A stretch of 64,000 nucleotides of DNA from Candidatus Eiseniibacteriota bacterium (GTDB taxonomy: Bacteria; Orphanbacterota; Orphanbacteria; Orphanbacterales; Orphanbacteraceae), in assembly GCA_043809585.1 (NCBI GenBank), contig JBDROZ010000041.1:1-64000 (forward strand), in the 5' to 3' direction. The translations under genes were made by a program, and so were the position numbers. Positions 46,702 to 55,769 of the stretch are shown piece by piece. The first letter of the stretch is position 1, and the number at the start of each line of letters is the position of its first letter. The notes beneath the pieces were generated by a model, which did not search any database, was not told the origin of the DNA, and saw nothing but the letters and a program-made list of their open reading frames with translations.

Positions 46702-48095
46702 CCCCGGCCCCCCCCGCCCTCGCGGCGGCCGATCGCCTCGAGAATCGCCTCGCCCGATCGGGACACGTCCCCCGCGCCGAGAGTGACGATCACGTCGCCC
46801 TCGGCGCTCTCCGCGGCGACCCGCTCCGCCGCGTCCGACCGTTCACGGATCCACTCCGGATCATCCCCCCCCGCCTCCCGGATCGCCTTCGCGAGCAGCC
46901 CCGAATCGACGCCCGGGATCGGCGTCTCGCTCGCCGGGTAGATGTCGAGCAGGAAGAGGCGGTCCGCCCCTTCGAAGGCGGTGCTGAACTCGCCGAGGAG
47001 CTTGGAGGTCCTTGTGTACCGGTGGGGCTGGAAGAGGACCACGACGCGCCTCTCCGGGTAGGCCTGGCGGATGGCCTGAAGAGTCGCCCGGATCTCGGTC
47101 GGGTGGTGTCCGTAGTCGTCGATGACCGTCCGCCCCGATCGCTCCCCTTTGATCTCCAGCCGCCGGTGGATCCCCTCGAAGGCGGCGATCCCCGCGGCGA
47201 TCTTCTCGAAGGGGGCCCCGACTTCGAGCCCGACGGCTACGGCGGCCAGCGCGTTCCGCACGTTGTAGAGCCCCGGCACGTGAAGCTCCGCCTCGCCGAG
47301 AAGCCCTCCGAAGGCGCGCACCGAGAACCGGGTGGTCCGCCCCCGGACCTTCACCTCTTCGGCCCGGAGGTCCGCCTCCCGGTCGATGCCGAAGGTCGTG
47401 ACCCGCCGGGTGACCCGGGGGAGGAGTTCCCTCAGAGCCTCGTCGTCGGCGTTCGCCACGGCGACGCCGAAGAAGGGGACCCGGTTCATGAAACGGAGGA
47501 AGGCGTCCTTGATCGCGTCGAAGTCCTCGTAGAAGTCGAGGTGCTCCCTGTCGATGTTCGTCACCACCGCCACGGTGGGCGTCAGCATGAGGAAGGTGCC
47601 GTCGCTCTCGTCCGCCTCCGCCACGAGGAGGTCCCCCCGGCCGAGGCGTGCGTTCGTTCCGAGGGTCTTCAGGCGCCCGCCGACCACGATGGTCGGATCG
47701 AACCCCGCCTCGGCGAGGACCAGGGCGGTGAGCCAGGTCGTGGTCGTCTTGCCGTGGGCGCCGCCGATCGCGATGCCCCGCTTCAGCCGCATCAGTTCGG
47801 CGAGCATCTCCGCCCGGGGGATGACGGGCACGCCCGACTTGTGGGCGAGGCGGATCTCCGGATTGGCGGCGCCGATCGCCGAGGAGACGACGGCCACGTC
47901 GGCGGCGGCGACGAGCCTTCCGCCGTGCCCCTCCGCGATCTCCGCGCCGAGGGAGACGAGGCGGTCGGTCACCTCCGTGAGCTTCGTGTCCGAACCGGTC
48001 ACCTCGAGACCGAGGTTGATGAGGATCTCGGCGATGCCGCTCATCCCGGTCCCTCCGATCCCGACCAGGTGGATCCGTTTCACCCGTCCGAACAA
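46698..48095 (-). CDS. murC: UDP-N-acetylmuramate--L-alanine ligase
   Basis: GIGGTGMS, HGKTTTT, EADESD, DDYGHHPTE, FQPHRY. Confidence 0.96.
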   Translation of the reverse strand: MFGRVKRIHLVGIGGTGMSGIAEILINLGLEVTGSDTKLTEVTDRLVSLGAEIAEGHGGRLVAAADVAVVSSAIGAANPEIRLAHKSGVPVIPRAEMLAELMRLKRGIAIGGAHGKTTTTWLTALVLAEAGFDPTIVVGGRLKTLGTNARLGRGDLLVAEADESDGTFLMLTPTVAVVTNIDREHLDFYEDFDAIKDAFLRFMNRVPFFGVAVANADDEALRELLPRVTRRVTTFGIDREADLRAEEVKVRGRTTRFSVRAFGGLLGEAELHVPGLYNVRNALAAVAVGLEVGAPFEKIAAGIAAFEGIHRRLEIKGERSGRTVIDDYGHHPTEIRATLQAIRQAYPERRVVVLFQPHRYTRTSKLLGEFSTAFEGADRLFLLDIYPASETPIPGVDSGLLAKAIREAGGDDPEWIRERSDAAERVAAESAEGDVIVTLGAGDVSRSGEAILEAIGRREGGGGRG

Positions 48096-48098
48096 CTC

Positions 48099-49202
48099 CT
48101 AAGCCCCTTTCCCGCCGGCCACCGCCATGATCTCGCCGGCGATCCGTTCCGCCGCGTCCGGCCGCCCCAGCTCTCGGGCCTTCCGGGCCATCGCCGCGCG
48201 GCGTTCGCCGTCGGCGAGCAGTTCCTTCATCGCGCCGAGGAGGATCCCGGGCGACAGGTCTTTCTCTTCCAAGGCGAGGGCCGCCCCGTGGCCGGCGAGG
48301 ACCCGGGCGTTCCTCGACTGGTGCCGGTCCGTCGCCGCCGGGAAGGGGACGAGGATCGACGGGAGGCCGAGGGCCGTGATCTCGGCGAGAGTGGACGCGC
48401 CGGCGCGGCAAACGACGAGGTCCGCCACGCCGTACGCGTCACCCATTTCGGTGAGGAAGGGAACGGGACGGACGAGAGGCGCGACCCGGCCGCAGGATTC
48501 CCGGATCGTCCCGATGTCCGTCTCGCCGGTCTGAAAGAGAACTTGCACTCCGTCCCCCCCTTCGTCCCACCGCTCGAGCGCCTCCCGGACGACGGCGTTC
48601 ATCGTCCGGGCCCCCTGGCTGCCGCCGATCACGAGAATCGTGAGCCGGTTTTCGCGGAGCCCCCACCGGCGGAGGGCCCGCTCCCGATCGCCCTCGAAAA
48701 TCTCCCGGCGGACCGGGTTGCCCGTGAGGACCGCGTCGGTCTTCGCCGGCAGCCCCGCCCGCGCATCGTCGTAGGCGAGAAAGACCCGCTTCGCCACCCG
48801 GGCGTTCCAGCGCGTGGCGATCCCCGCCACCGTGTTCTGCTCCGCCGCGAAGACCGGACGGCCGAGGAGCCTCGCGGCGAGGGCGACGGGCGTGCTCGCG
48901 TAGCCGCCCACGGCGACCACCGCCGCCGGCCGGAACCGGGCGACGAGGAGGAGGGAGCGGAGAACGGACAGGCCGAAACGGAGGAAGAAGCCCGGCATGC
49001 GGAGCCGGCTCCCCCGGGGCATGCCCCGGACCGGGATGGACCGCCACGGCACGCCCGCGCGCTCGAGCATCGCGCTCCCCCTCGTCCCGCCGAGCACGAA
49101 GAGAGGCTCGAGGGCGGGCGCCTTCGCGCGCATCGCTTCGATCACCGCCACGGCGGGGAAGATGTGGCCGCCCGTTCCGCCTCCGGCGAAAATCACCTTC
49201 AT
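48099..49202 (-). CDS. murG: Lipid II N-acetylglucosaminyltransferase
   Basis: GGGTGGHIFP, EQN, GNPVR, GGSQGA, RAGASTLAE. Confidence 0.96.
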   Translation of the reverse strand: MKVIFAGGGTGGHIFPAVAVIEAMRAKAPALEPLFVLGGTRGSAMLERAGVPWRSIPVRGMPRGSRLRMPGFFLRFGLSVLRSLLLVARFRPAAVVAVGGYASTPVALAARLLGRPVFAAEQNTVAGIATRWNARVAKRVFLAYDDARAGLPAKTDAVLTGNPVRREIFEGDRERALRRWGLRENRLTILVIGGSQGARTMNAVVREALERWDEGGDGVQVLFQTGETDIGTIRESCGRVAPLVRPVPFLTEMGDAYGVADLVVCRAGASTLAEITALGLPSILVPFPAATDRHQSRNARVLAGHGAALALEEKDLSPGILLGAMKELLADGERRAAMARKARELGRPDAAERIAGEIMAVAGGKGA

Positions 49203-50386
49203 GAACTCCTCGCCCGGCCGAGCCGGTCCACCGCCTGGCCGGCGGTCGCGAAGGAACGCCGGTACCCCTTGCGGGAAATGTTCAAGAGCACGCCCGCACC
49301 GAAGAGGGCGACGAAAAGCGACGATCCGCCGTAGCTGACGAAGGGGAGGGGGACGCCCGTGGTCGGCACGGCGTCGGTGACGACGGCGACGTTCAGCATG
49401 GCGTAGAGCATCACGAGCAGCGTGATTCCGGCGGCCAGGAGCCGCCCCTCCACGTCCGGCGCGTTCGCGGCGATCCGGGCCCCCCTCCACCCGAACACGA
49501 GGAAGAGGACCATCACGCCGCCGGCGCCGACGAACCCGAGTTCCTCCCCGACGATGCCCAGGACGAAGTCGGTGTGCGAGTCGGGAAGGAAGAAGTACTT
49601 CTGCTTCGAGTTCCCGAATCCCCCCCCCGAGAGACCGCCGGAACCGAGGGCGATGAGGGACTGGTCGGTCTGGTAATCGGTGGCCCGCAGGTCGCTCCGC
49701 CCGTCGACCCATTCGATCACCCGGTTCCACTGGTACGGGTTGGAGCGCACCGAGGCGAACGCCGTGAGACCGAAGATCAGGCCGATGAGAAACAGGTAGC
49801 GGAACCGCACGCCCCCCACGAAGAGGAGGAGCGAGGCGAGCATCGATACGTGGAGCACGCCCGAGAGGTTCTTCTCGAGGGCGATGAGGACCACGATGAC
49901 GCCGAGCACGACCACGGCGGGGAAGACGCCCCGGGCGAAGCTCCGCGCCTCGTTCCTCTTCCGGGAGAGGAAGTCGGCGAGATAGAGGACGAGCAGGAGT
50001 TTGGAGAGCTCGCTCGGCTGGAACGACAGAGGGCCGAGGCGGAGCCAGCGCCGGCTCCCTCGGATCGCGTCCTCGGGCCCGACCACGAGGACGAGGGCCA
50101 GGAGAACGATGCCGGTCAGCACGAGAGGCCGGGAGTACCGGGTCAGGATGCGATAGTCCGCGCGGTAGGCGATGAAGAACCCGGCGAGCGCGAAGAGGAC
50201 GCGAATGCCGTGGCGCTGCAGGAAGAAGGTCGAGCTCCGATAGATTTCGGCGGCCCGGAAGGAGCTCGCGCTGTACACCATCACCACGCCGATGCCGACG
50301 AGCAGGAGAACCGCCATGAGGAGCCAGCGGTCCGGGCCGGTCCGTTCGCCCGAGAACCCGTCCGTCGTTTTCGCTCTAGTCGTCAT
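49199..50386 (-). CDS. ftsW: SEDS peptidoglycan polymerase FtsW
   Basis: RW, FQPSE..K, HTDF, LPFVSYGGSS. Confidence 0.95.
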   Translation of the reverse strand: MTTRAKTTDGFSGERTGPDRWLLMAVLLLVGIGVVMVYSASSFRAAEIYRSSTFFLQRHGIRVLFALAGFFIAYRADYRILTRYSRPLVLTGIVLLALVLVVGPEDAIRGSRRWLRLGPLSFQPSELSKLLLVLYLADFLSRKRNEARSFARGVFPAVVVLGVIVVLIALEKNLSGVLHVSMLASLLLFVGGVRFRYLFLIGLIFGLTAFASVRSNPYQWNRVIEWVDGRSDLRATDYQTDQSLIALGSGGLSGGGFGNSKQKYFFLPDSHTDFVLGIVGEELGFVGAGGVMVLFLVFGWRGARIAANAPDVEGRLLAAGITLLVMLYAMLNVAVVTDAVPTTGVPLPFVSYGGSSLFVALFGAGVLLNISRKGYRRSFATAGQAVDRLGRARSS

Positions 50387-51752
50387 GTTTTTCCCGTTCC
50401 ACCAGGTTCCGGACCGCCTCCTTGAAGAGGCGGCCCCGCTCTTCGAAGTCCCGAAACATGTCGAAGCTCGTGCAGCCGGGCGAGAGGAGCACGATCTCCC
50501 CCTTCCGGGCGAGCCGGTAGGCGAGCATCGTCGCCTGCTCGAGAGAGTTCGCGTAGTAGCGCTCCCCCGTGTCGTGGAACACCTCGTCGAGGAGCTTCCG
50601 CGCCTCCCCGATCAGCACCATGGCCCGCACATGGATCGACACGAGATCCCGAAGCCGCTCGAAGGTCGGCTTCTTCGGGCGCCCGCCGGCGATCCAGACG
50701 ATGGGCGTGTCGAAGCTCTGCAGCGCGTAATGCACCGAATCCACGTTCGTCGCCTTCGAATCGTTGACGAAGGTGATGCCGCTCAAAACCGCCACCTTCT
50801 CGAGACGGTGCTCGAGGCCGGCGAACTCCCGGAGCGTCTCCCGGATCACGGCGTTCGGCACGCCGAGGACCTTCGCCGCCGCCGTCGCGGCGAGGGCGTT
50901 GATCCGGTTGTGGGGCCCGGGGATCGTGATGTCCCGCTCGAGTCCGACCAGTTCCTCCCCCGCCAGGGTGGAGATGATCTCGCCGAAACGGAGGTAGACG
51001 CCGGGAAGGCGGCCGAAGACCTCCTTGCTCACCCAGACGGTGCCGGGCTTCTCGTTCCGTTTCAGGCTCCGGCAGGCCGGATCGTCGTAACAGAGAACGG
51101 CGTGGTCCGTCTCTTCCTGGTTTTCGAAGATCCGCGCTTTCAACCGGGCGTACTCCTCGAAAGTGCCGTGACGGTCGAGGTGGTCTTCGGTGATGTTCAG
51201 GAGCACCGCCACCTTCGGCCGGAAGGTCCGGATCGTCTCGAGCTGGAAGCTCGAGATCTCCGCCACCACCCAGTCGTAGTCGCGCCACGGCCCGACGGCG
51301 TCGGAGAGGGGGCGGCCGATGTTCCCCGCCACCGCCGTTCGGCGGCCGTCCCTCTTCAAGATCTCCCCGATCAGGGTCGTGGTGGTCGACTTGCCGTTCG
51401 TCCCCGTCACGGCGACGAAGGAACAGTCGGCGGCCCGGAAGGCGAGCTCGATCTCGGAGATCACTTCGAGACCCTTCTCCGCCGCCGCCCGCGCCAACGG
51501 GTGGGCGAGGGTAACGCCCGGGCTCACGACCACTTTGTCCACCCCTTCCAGGATCGACGGGTCCGGATCGCCGAAGACGAACCGGGCCCCCTCCCCCTCC
51601 CACTCCGCGATCTTCTCCGCCCACTCGGCGGAGGGCCCTTTCCCGTCGTGGCCGATCGGTGACGAGCCGAGGCGAAGAAGCAGGTCCACCGCCGCCCGGC
51701 CGCTCCGGGCCATGCCGATCACCAGGTACTTCTCGTTCTTCCAATCGGTCAT
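50376..51752 (-). CDS. murD: UDP-MurNAc-L-Ala--D-glutamate ligase
   Basis: GTNGKSTT, EISSFQL, DHLDRH, NDSKATN, LLSPGC.SFD. Confidence 0.96.
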   Translation of the reverse strand: MTDWKNEKYLVIGMARSGRAAVDLLLRLGSSPIGHDGKGPSAEWAEKIAEWEGEGARFVFGDPDPSILEGVDKVVVSPGVTLAHPLARAAAEKGLEVISEIELAFRAADCSFVAVTGTNGKSTTTTLIGEILKRDGRRTAVAGNIGRPLSDAVGPWRDYDWVVAEISSFQLETIRTFRPKVAVLLNITEDHLDRHGTFEEYARLKARIFENQEETDHAVLCYDDPACRSLKRNEKPGTVWVSKEVFGRLPGVYLRFGEIISTLAGEELVGLERDITIPGPHNRINALAATAAAKVLGVPNAVIRETLREFAGLEHRLEKVAVLSGITFVNDSKATNVDSVHYALQSFDTPIVWIAGGRPKKPTFERLRDLVSIHVRAMVLIGEARKLLDEVFHDTGERYYANSLEQATMLAYRLARKGEIVLLSPGCTSFDMFRDFEERGRLFKEAVRNLVEREKHDD

Positions 51753-52834
51753 CGCAGCTTCAGCGTGCTCAAGGAGAGCAGGGCGAAAAGAATTCCGATG
51801 ATCCAGAAGCGCACCACCACCCGCTGCTCGGGCCAGCCGGACATCTCGAAGTGATGGTGGATGGGCGCCATGCGGAAGACCCGCTTTCCCCTTCGCTTGA
51901 AGGAGAGGACCTGGATCACCACCGAGAGAACTTCGATCACGAACACCCCGCCCACGAGGGCGAGGAGGAACTCCATCTTGATGAAGACCGCCACCGCGGC
52001 GAGGGCGCCCCCGAGGGCGAGGGAACGGGTGTCCCACATGAAGACCTGGGCCGGGTTGGGGTTGAAGCAGAGGAAGCCGAGGGCGGCCCCCGCGAGGGCG
52101 GCGCAGAAGACGGTCAGCTCGCCGACGCCGGCGAGGAAGGGGATGTTCAGGTACTCCGCGAATTTCGCGTTGCCCGTCAGGTACGCCATGCCGGCGAAAG
52201 TGAACGCCGCGAGGGCGACGAGCCCGATGGCGAGCCCGTCGAGGCCGTCGGTCAGGTTCACGCCGTTCGAGAAACCGGCGATGACGAGGACGACGAACGG
52301 CACATAGAGGAAACGGAAATCCACGACCGCGTTCTTGAAGAAGGGGACCGTCGTCTTCGTGGCCCACTCCGTTTCCGGGGCGTAGACCGTGAGGATCACG
52401 CCGAGCACGAGACCGAGGAAGATCTGGCCCGCCAGCTTGTACCGGCCCACGAGCCCCCGGGGGAACTTCTTCACCACTTTGAGGTAGTCGTCGAGGAGGC
52501 CGATCGCCCCGAGCCAGATGGTGGTGGCGAGGATCATCTGAATGTACCGGTTCGTGATGTCCGCCCAGAGAAGAGTCGGCACCAGGAGGGAGAGGAGAAC
52601 GAGAATGCCCCCCATGGTCGGCGTCCCCTGCTTGGCCCGGTGCGTTTCGGGCTGGAGATCGGACCCGACCTCCACGAACTGCTTCCGCCGGAGCCGGCGG
52701 ATGATGCACGGCCCGAGGAGAAAGCTGAGAAGCAGCGCGGTGACCGCCGCGTAGGCGCCCCGAAAGGTGATGTACCGGAAGACATTGAAGAACGAGACCG
52801 ATTCGCTGAGCGGGAAGAGAAGCAGATAGAGCAT
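51749..52834 (-). CDS. mraY: Phospho-MurNAc-pentapeptide transferase (atypical FMWDTRS motif)
   Basis: K.GTPTMGG, DDYLK, NLTDGLDGL, MAPIHHHFE. Confidence 0.95.
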   Translation of the reverse strand: MLYLLLFPLSESVSFFNVFRYITFRGAYAAVTALLLSFLLGPCIIRRLRRKQFVEVGSDLQPETHRAKQGTPTMGGILVLLSLLVPTLLWADITNRYIQMILATTIWLGAIGLLDDYLKVVKKFPRGLVGRYKLAGQIFLGLVLGVILTVYAPETEWATKTTVPFFKNAVVDFRFLYVPFVVLVIAGFSNGVNLTDGLDGLAIGLVALAAFTFAGMAYLTGNAKFAEYLNIPFLAGVGELTVFCAALAGAALGFLCFNPNPAQVFMWDTRSLALGGALAAVAVFIKMEFLLALVGGVFVIEVLSVVIQVLSFKRRGKRVFRMAPIHHHFEMSGWPEQRVVVRFWIIGILFALLSLSTLKLR

Positions 52835-54261
52835 CAGACGCCTCCTCCCGTCGGAGCGCCGGCGAGACGGCTGCGGACATCGTCCAAGATCTCCTCCATC
52901 TTCATCCCCCGGGAACCCTTCTCCACGAGACAGTCGCCGGGCGCGAGGTCGCCGGCGATCCTCCCGCCGAGTCCGGTCCTGTCGGCGCCGGCGGTGAAGA
53001 TCCGGTCCCGGGGGAGACCGCGGGAGACCGCCTCCTCGGCGGTCCACCGGGTCCGCTCGCCCGCGAGCCAGAGCCTGTCGAGCATCGCCTCCGCGACGGC
53101 CCGGCCGACGGCGCGGTGGTCCTCCTCTTCCCGGGGGCCGAGCTCGAGCATGTCGCCGAAAAGGAGGGCCCGGCGGCCTTCGATGGCGGCCTTTTCGAGA
53201 AAGCGGACCGCACCGAGAGTGGAAGCGAGATTCGCGTTGTACGTGTCGTCCACGAGAAGAACGCCGCCGACCCGCTCCGGCCGGAACCGCCCCGGCGCCG
53301 GTTCGAATGTCGCGAGCCCCCGGGCGATCACGTCCGGCGGCACTCCTTCGCCGAGGGCGACGGCGAGGGCGGCGACCAGATTCGCGAGATGGTGCTCCCC
53401 CCAGAGAGAAGCCCGAAAGGAACCGGCCCCCTCGATCTCGACCTCCACGCCGCGGAGGTTCCACGGATCGCGGCGGGCCGGGCGGATCTCGTTCGACCCG
53501 CCCAGCCCATACGTACGGAAGGGAGCGCCGCGACGCCGCGCCGCGTTCATCAGCGCGGCGTCGTCGCCGTTCACCCAGATCCGTCCGCCCGGCGCCACGT
53601 GGTCGATGAGGACGGTCTTTTCGTCCGCCACCTTCTCCACCGTGCCGAGCCCCTCGAGGTGCGCCCCGTGGGCGTTCGTGAAGACCGCCCCCCCGGGGGC
53701 CGCCAGGGCGCCGAGAACGTCCATCTCTCCCGGCGCGCTGATGCCGAGCTCGATCACCGCGAATCGGTGCTCGGGCCCGAGACCGAGAAGAGTGAGGGCG
53801 ACGCCGCAGAAGGTATTGTAGTTTCCCTTCGTCGCGAGGGTCGGTCCGTGGGCGGCGAAGATCGCCGCGAGCAGGTCCTTGGTCGTCGTCTTCCCGTTCG
53901 AGCCGGTCACGGCGATGAGGAGCGGATCGTAGCGGCGCCGGTGATGGCGGGCGAGGGCGAGCAGCGCCCCCGCCGGATCGTCCACGGCGATGATCCGCTG
54001 GAGGGGAAGCCCGCCGGGCAGCTCTCCGATCCGGTCCTTCCGAACCACGGCGAGGGAAGCGCCCTCGCGAAACGCGCCCTCCAGGAAACGGTGGCCGTCG
54101 GTCCGCTCCCCGGCGAGGGCGAAGAAGATCTCCCCCTCCCGGAGAAGGCGGCTGTCGATGCACGCCGCCGGCCCGCCCGCGGCCCCCGGCCCCCCCGTCG
54201 CGGCGAGGGTCTCGCCCGAGAGGATGCGCACGAGTTCACCGGCCGAGTAGGCGCCGCTCAC
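52834..54261 (-). CDS. murF: UDP-MurNAc-tripeptide--D-Ala-D-Ala ligase
   Basis: IDSR, TGSNGKTTTK, DTYNAN, GDMLELG, KGSRG. Confidence 0.95.
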   Translation of the reverse strand: MSGAYSAGELVRILSGETLAATGGPGAAGGPAACIDSRLLREGEIFFALAGERTDGHRFLEGAFREGASLAVVRKDRIGELPGGLPLQRIIAVDDPAGALLALARHHRRRYDPLLIAVTGSNGKTTTKDLLAAIFAAHGPTLATKGNYNTFCGVALTLLGLGPEHRFAVIELGISAPGEMDVLGALAAPGGAVFTNAHGAHLEGLGTVEKVADEKTVLIDHVAPGGRIWVNGDDAALMNAARRRGAPFRTYGLGGSNEIRPARRDPWNLRGVEVEIEGAGSFRASLWGEHHLANLVAALAVALGEGVPPDVIARGLATFEPAPGRFRPERVGGVLLVDDTYNANLASTLGAVRFLEKAAIEGRRALLFGDMLELGPREEEDHRAVGRAVAEAMLDRLWLAGERTRWTAEEAVSRGLPRDRIFTAGADRTGLGGRIAGDLAPGDCLVEKGSRGMKMEEILDDVRSRLAGAPTGGGV

Positions 54262-55769
54262 GGCGTCCCCCCTCTCCGGTCCAAGGCGTGCTCCGCCGCC
54301 GCCCGCTCGTTCCACCGGCGCCTCTCGGCGCCGTAGACCTGGTACGCCTCATGCCCCTTGCCGGCGAGCACCACCGTGTCCCCCGTCCGTGCGAGCCCGA
54401 CGGCCCGGTCGATCGCCTCCTCCCGGTCCGGCACCGTCTCGTACGCTCCCCCCCCCTCGCGAAGCCCCTTCTCCACCTCCTTCCGGATCGCCGACGGGTC
54501 CTCGCTCCGCGGATTGTCGTCGGTCAGCACCGTGTGGTCCGCAAGCTCCGCGGCGAGGCGGCCCATGACCGGCCGCTTCCCCCGGTCCCTGTCGCCGCCG
54601 CATCCGAAGAGGAGAATCAGCCGGCCGGGCGTGATCGCCCGCACGGTCCGGAGAAGATGGGCGAAGCCGTCGGGGGTGTGGGCGTAGTCGATGATCACGC
54701 CGAAGTCCTGCCCCCGGTCGACCCGCTCCATCCTCCCGGGCGGGGGCGTCGCGTCGGCGAGACCCACGCCCGCGTCCTCGAGACTCATGCCCGCCGCGAG
54801 GGCGAGGCCCACCGCCGCGAGACCGTTGGAGACGTTGAAGGCGCCGGGCAGGGGGAGCCGCGTCTCCACGGCCTCCCCTTTTCGGAGAAGCCGGAGGACG
54901 GAACCGTCCACGCCGGACTGGAGGATTTCGGCGCGTAGGTCCGCCCCCTCGGCCTCCCCGAAAACGATCTTGGCCAGCGGCGAGCGCCCGGCGAGGAGCG
55001 CCCCCGTCTCGTCGTCGCCGTTCAGCACCGCCGATCCGACCTCGAGCCGGTCCGGCCCCGTCTCGTCCGGGAGGAAGAGATGCATCTTCTCCCGGCGGTA
55101 CGATTCGACGGTGCCGTGAAAATCGAGGTGGTCCCGGGTGACGTTGGTCAGGGCCACGGCACGGAAGCGGAGCGCCACGAGACGGCGGAGCGCCACGGCG
55201 TGGGAAGAGGCTTCCATGGCGACGCACGCGGCCCCCCCCTCGAGCATGCGGGCGAGAAGACGGTGGATCACGTCCGCCCCCGGCGTCGTGTTCGGTCCGG
55301 GCTCCTCTCCCCCCGGCCAGAAGGCGCCGAGCGTGCCGAGCACGCCGCAGGGCCGGCCCGCCGCCGCCAGGATCGACCGGAGCATCCAGGTCACCGTGGT
55401 CCTGCCGTTCGTTCCGGTCACGCCGAAGAGGTCGAGGGTCCGGCTCGGGTTCCCCCAGACTTCCGCGGCCGCGACGCCGAGAGCGAGCCGCGTATCGGTC
55501 ACGGCCACCTGGGGGAGCGGGACCGACGGATCGAGGCGCTCCACAATCGCGGCCGCCGCCCCCCGCTTCGCCGCATCGCCGAGGAAGGCGTGCCCGTCCG
55601 CGTGAAAGCCCCGAAGGGCGACGAAGAGGGAGCCCTTGCGCGCCTGGCGGGAATCACAGGTCACGTCCGTCACCGGAACGTCCTTCCCCCCCATCCGTTC
55701 CCGGACCGGGAGCAGGGGAAGAAGGGTCGCGAGTGCGGTGGCGCGCCGTTCCTTCTTCATCCCCATCAT
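54258..55769 (-). CDS. murE: UDP-MurNAc-dipeptide--meso-DAP ligase
   Basis: DSR, GTNGRTT (atypical P-loop), TTP, DHLDFH, DYAHTPD, DNPR, GKGHE. Confidence 0.94.
   Translation of the reverse strand: MMGMKKERRATALATLLPLLPVRERMGGKDVPVTDVTCDSRQARKGSLFVALRGFHADGHAFLGDAAKRGAAAAIVERLDPSVPLPQVAVTDTRLALGVAAAEVWGNPSRTLDLFGVTGTNGRTTVTWMLRSILAAAGRPCGVLGTLGAFWPGGEEPGPNTTPGADVIHRLLARMLEGGAACVAMEASSHAVALRRLVALRFRAVALTNVTRDHLDFHGTVESYRREKMHLFLPDETGPDRLEVGSAVLNGDDETGALLAGRSPLAKIVFGEAEGADLRAEILQSGVDGSVLRLLRKGEAVETRLPLPGAFNVSNGLAAVGLALAAGMSLEDAGVGLADATPPPGRMERVDRGQDFGVIIDYAHTPDGFAHLLRTVRAITPGRLILLFGCGGDRDRGKRPVMGRLAAELADHTVLTDDNPRSEDPSAIRKEVEKGLREGGGAYETVPDREEAIDRAVGLARTGDTVVLAGKGHEAYQVYGAERRRWNERAAAEHALDRRGGTP

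Noticed and set aside
50376-54163. Apparent N-terminally extended MurD (834 aa) and MraY (804 aa); similar extensions on MurG, XerD, Cmk and the ABC halves
   Set aside because: The extensions are off-frame readings of upstream genes, which have their own stops and 1-11 bp overlaps with the real starts.
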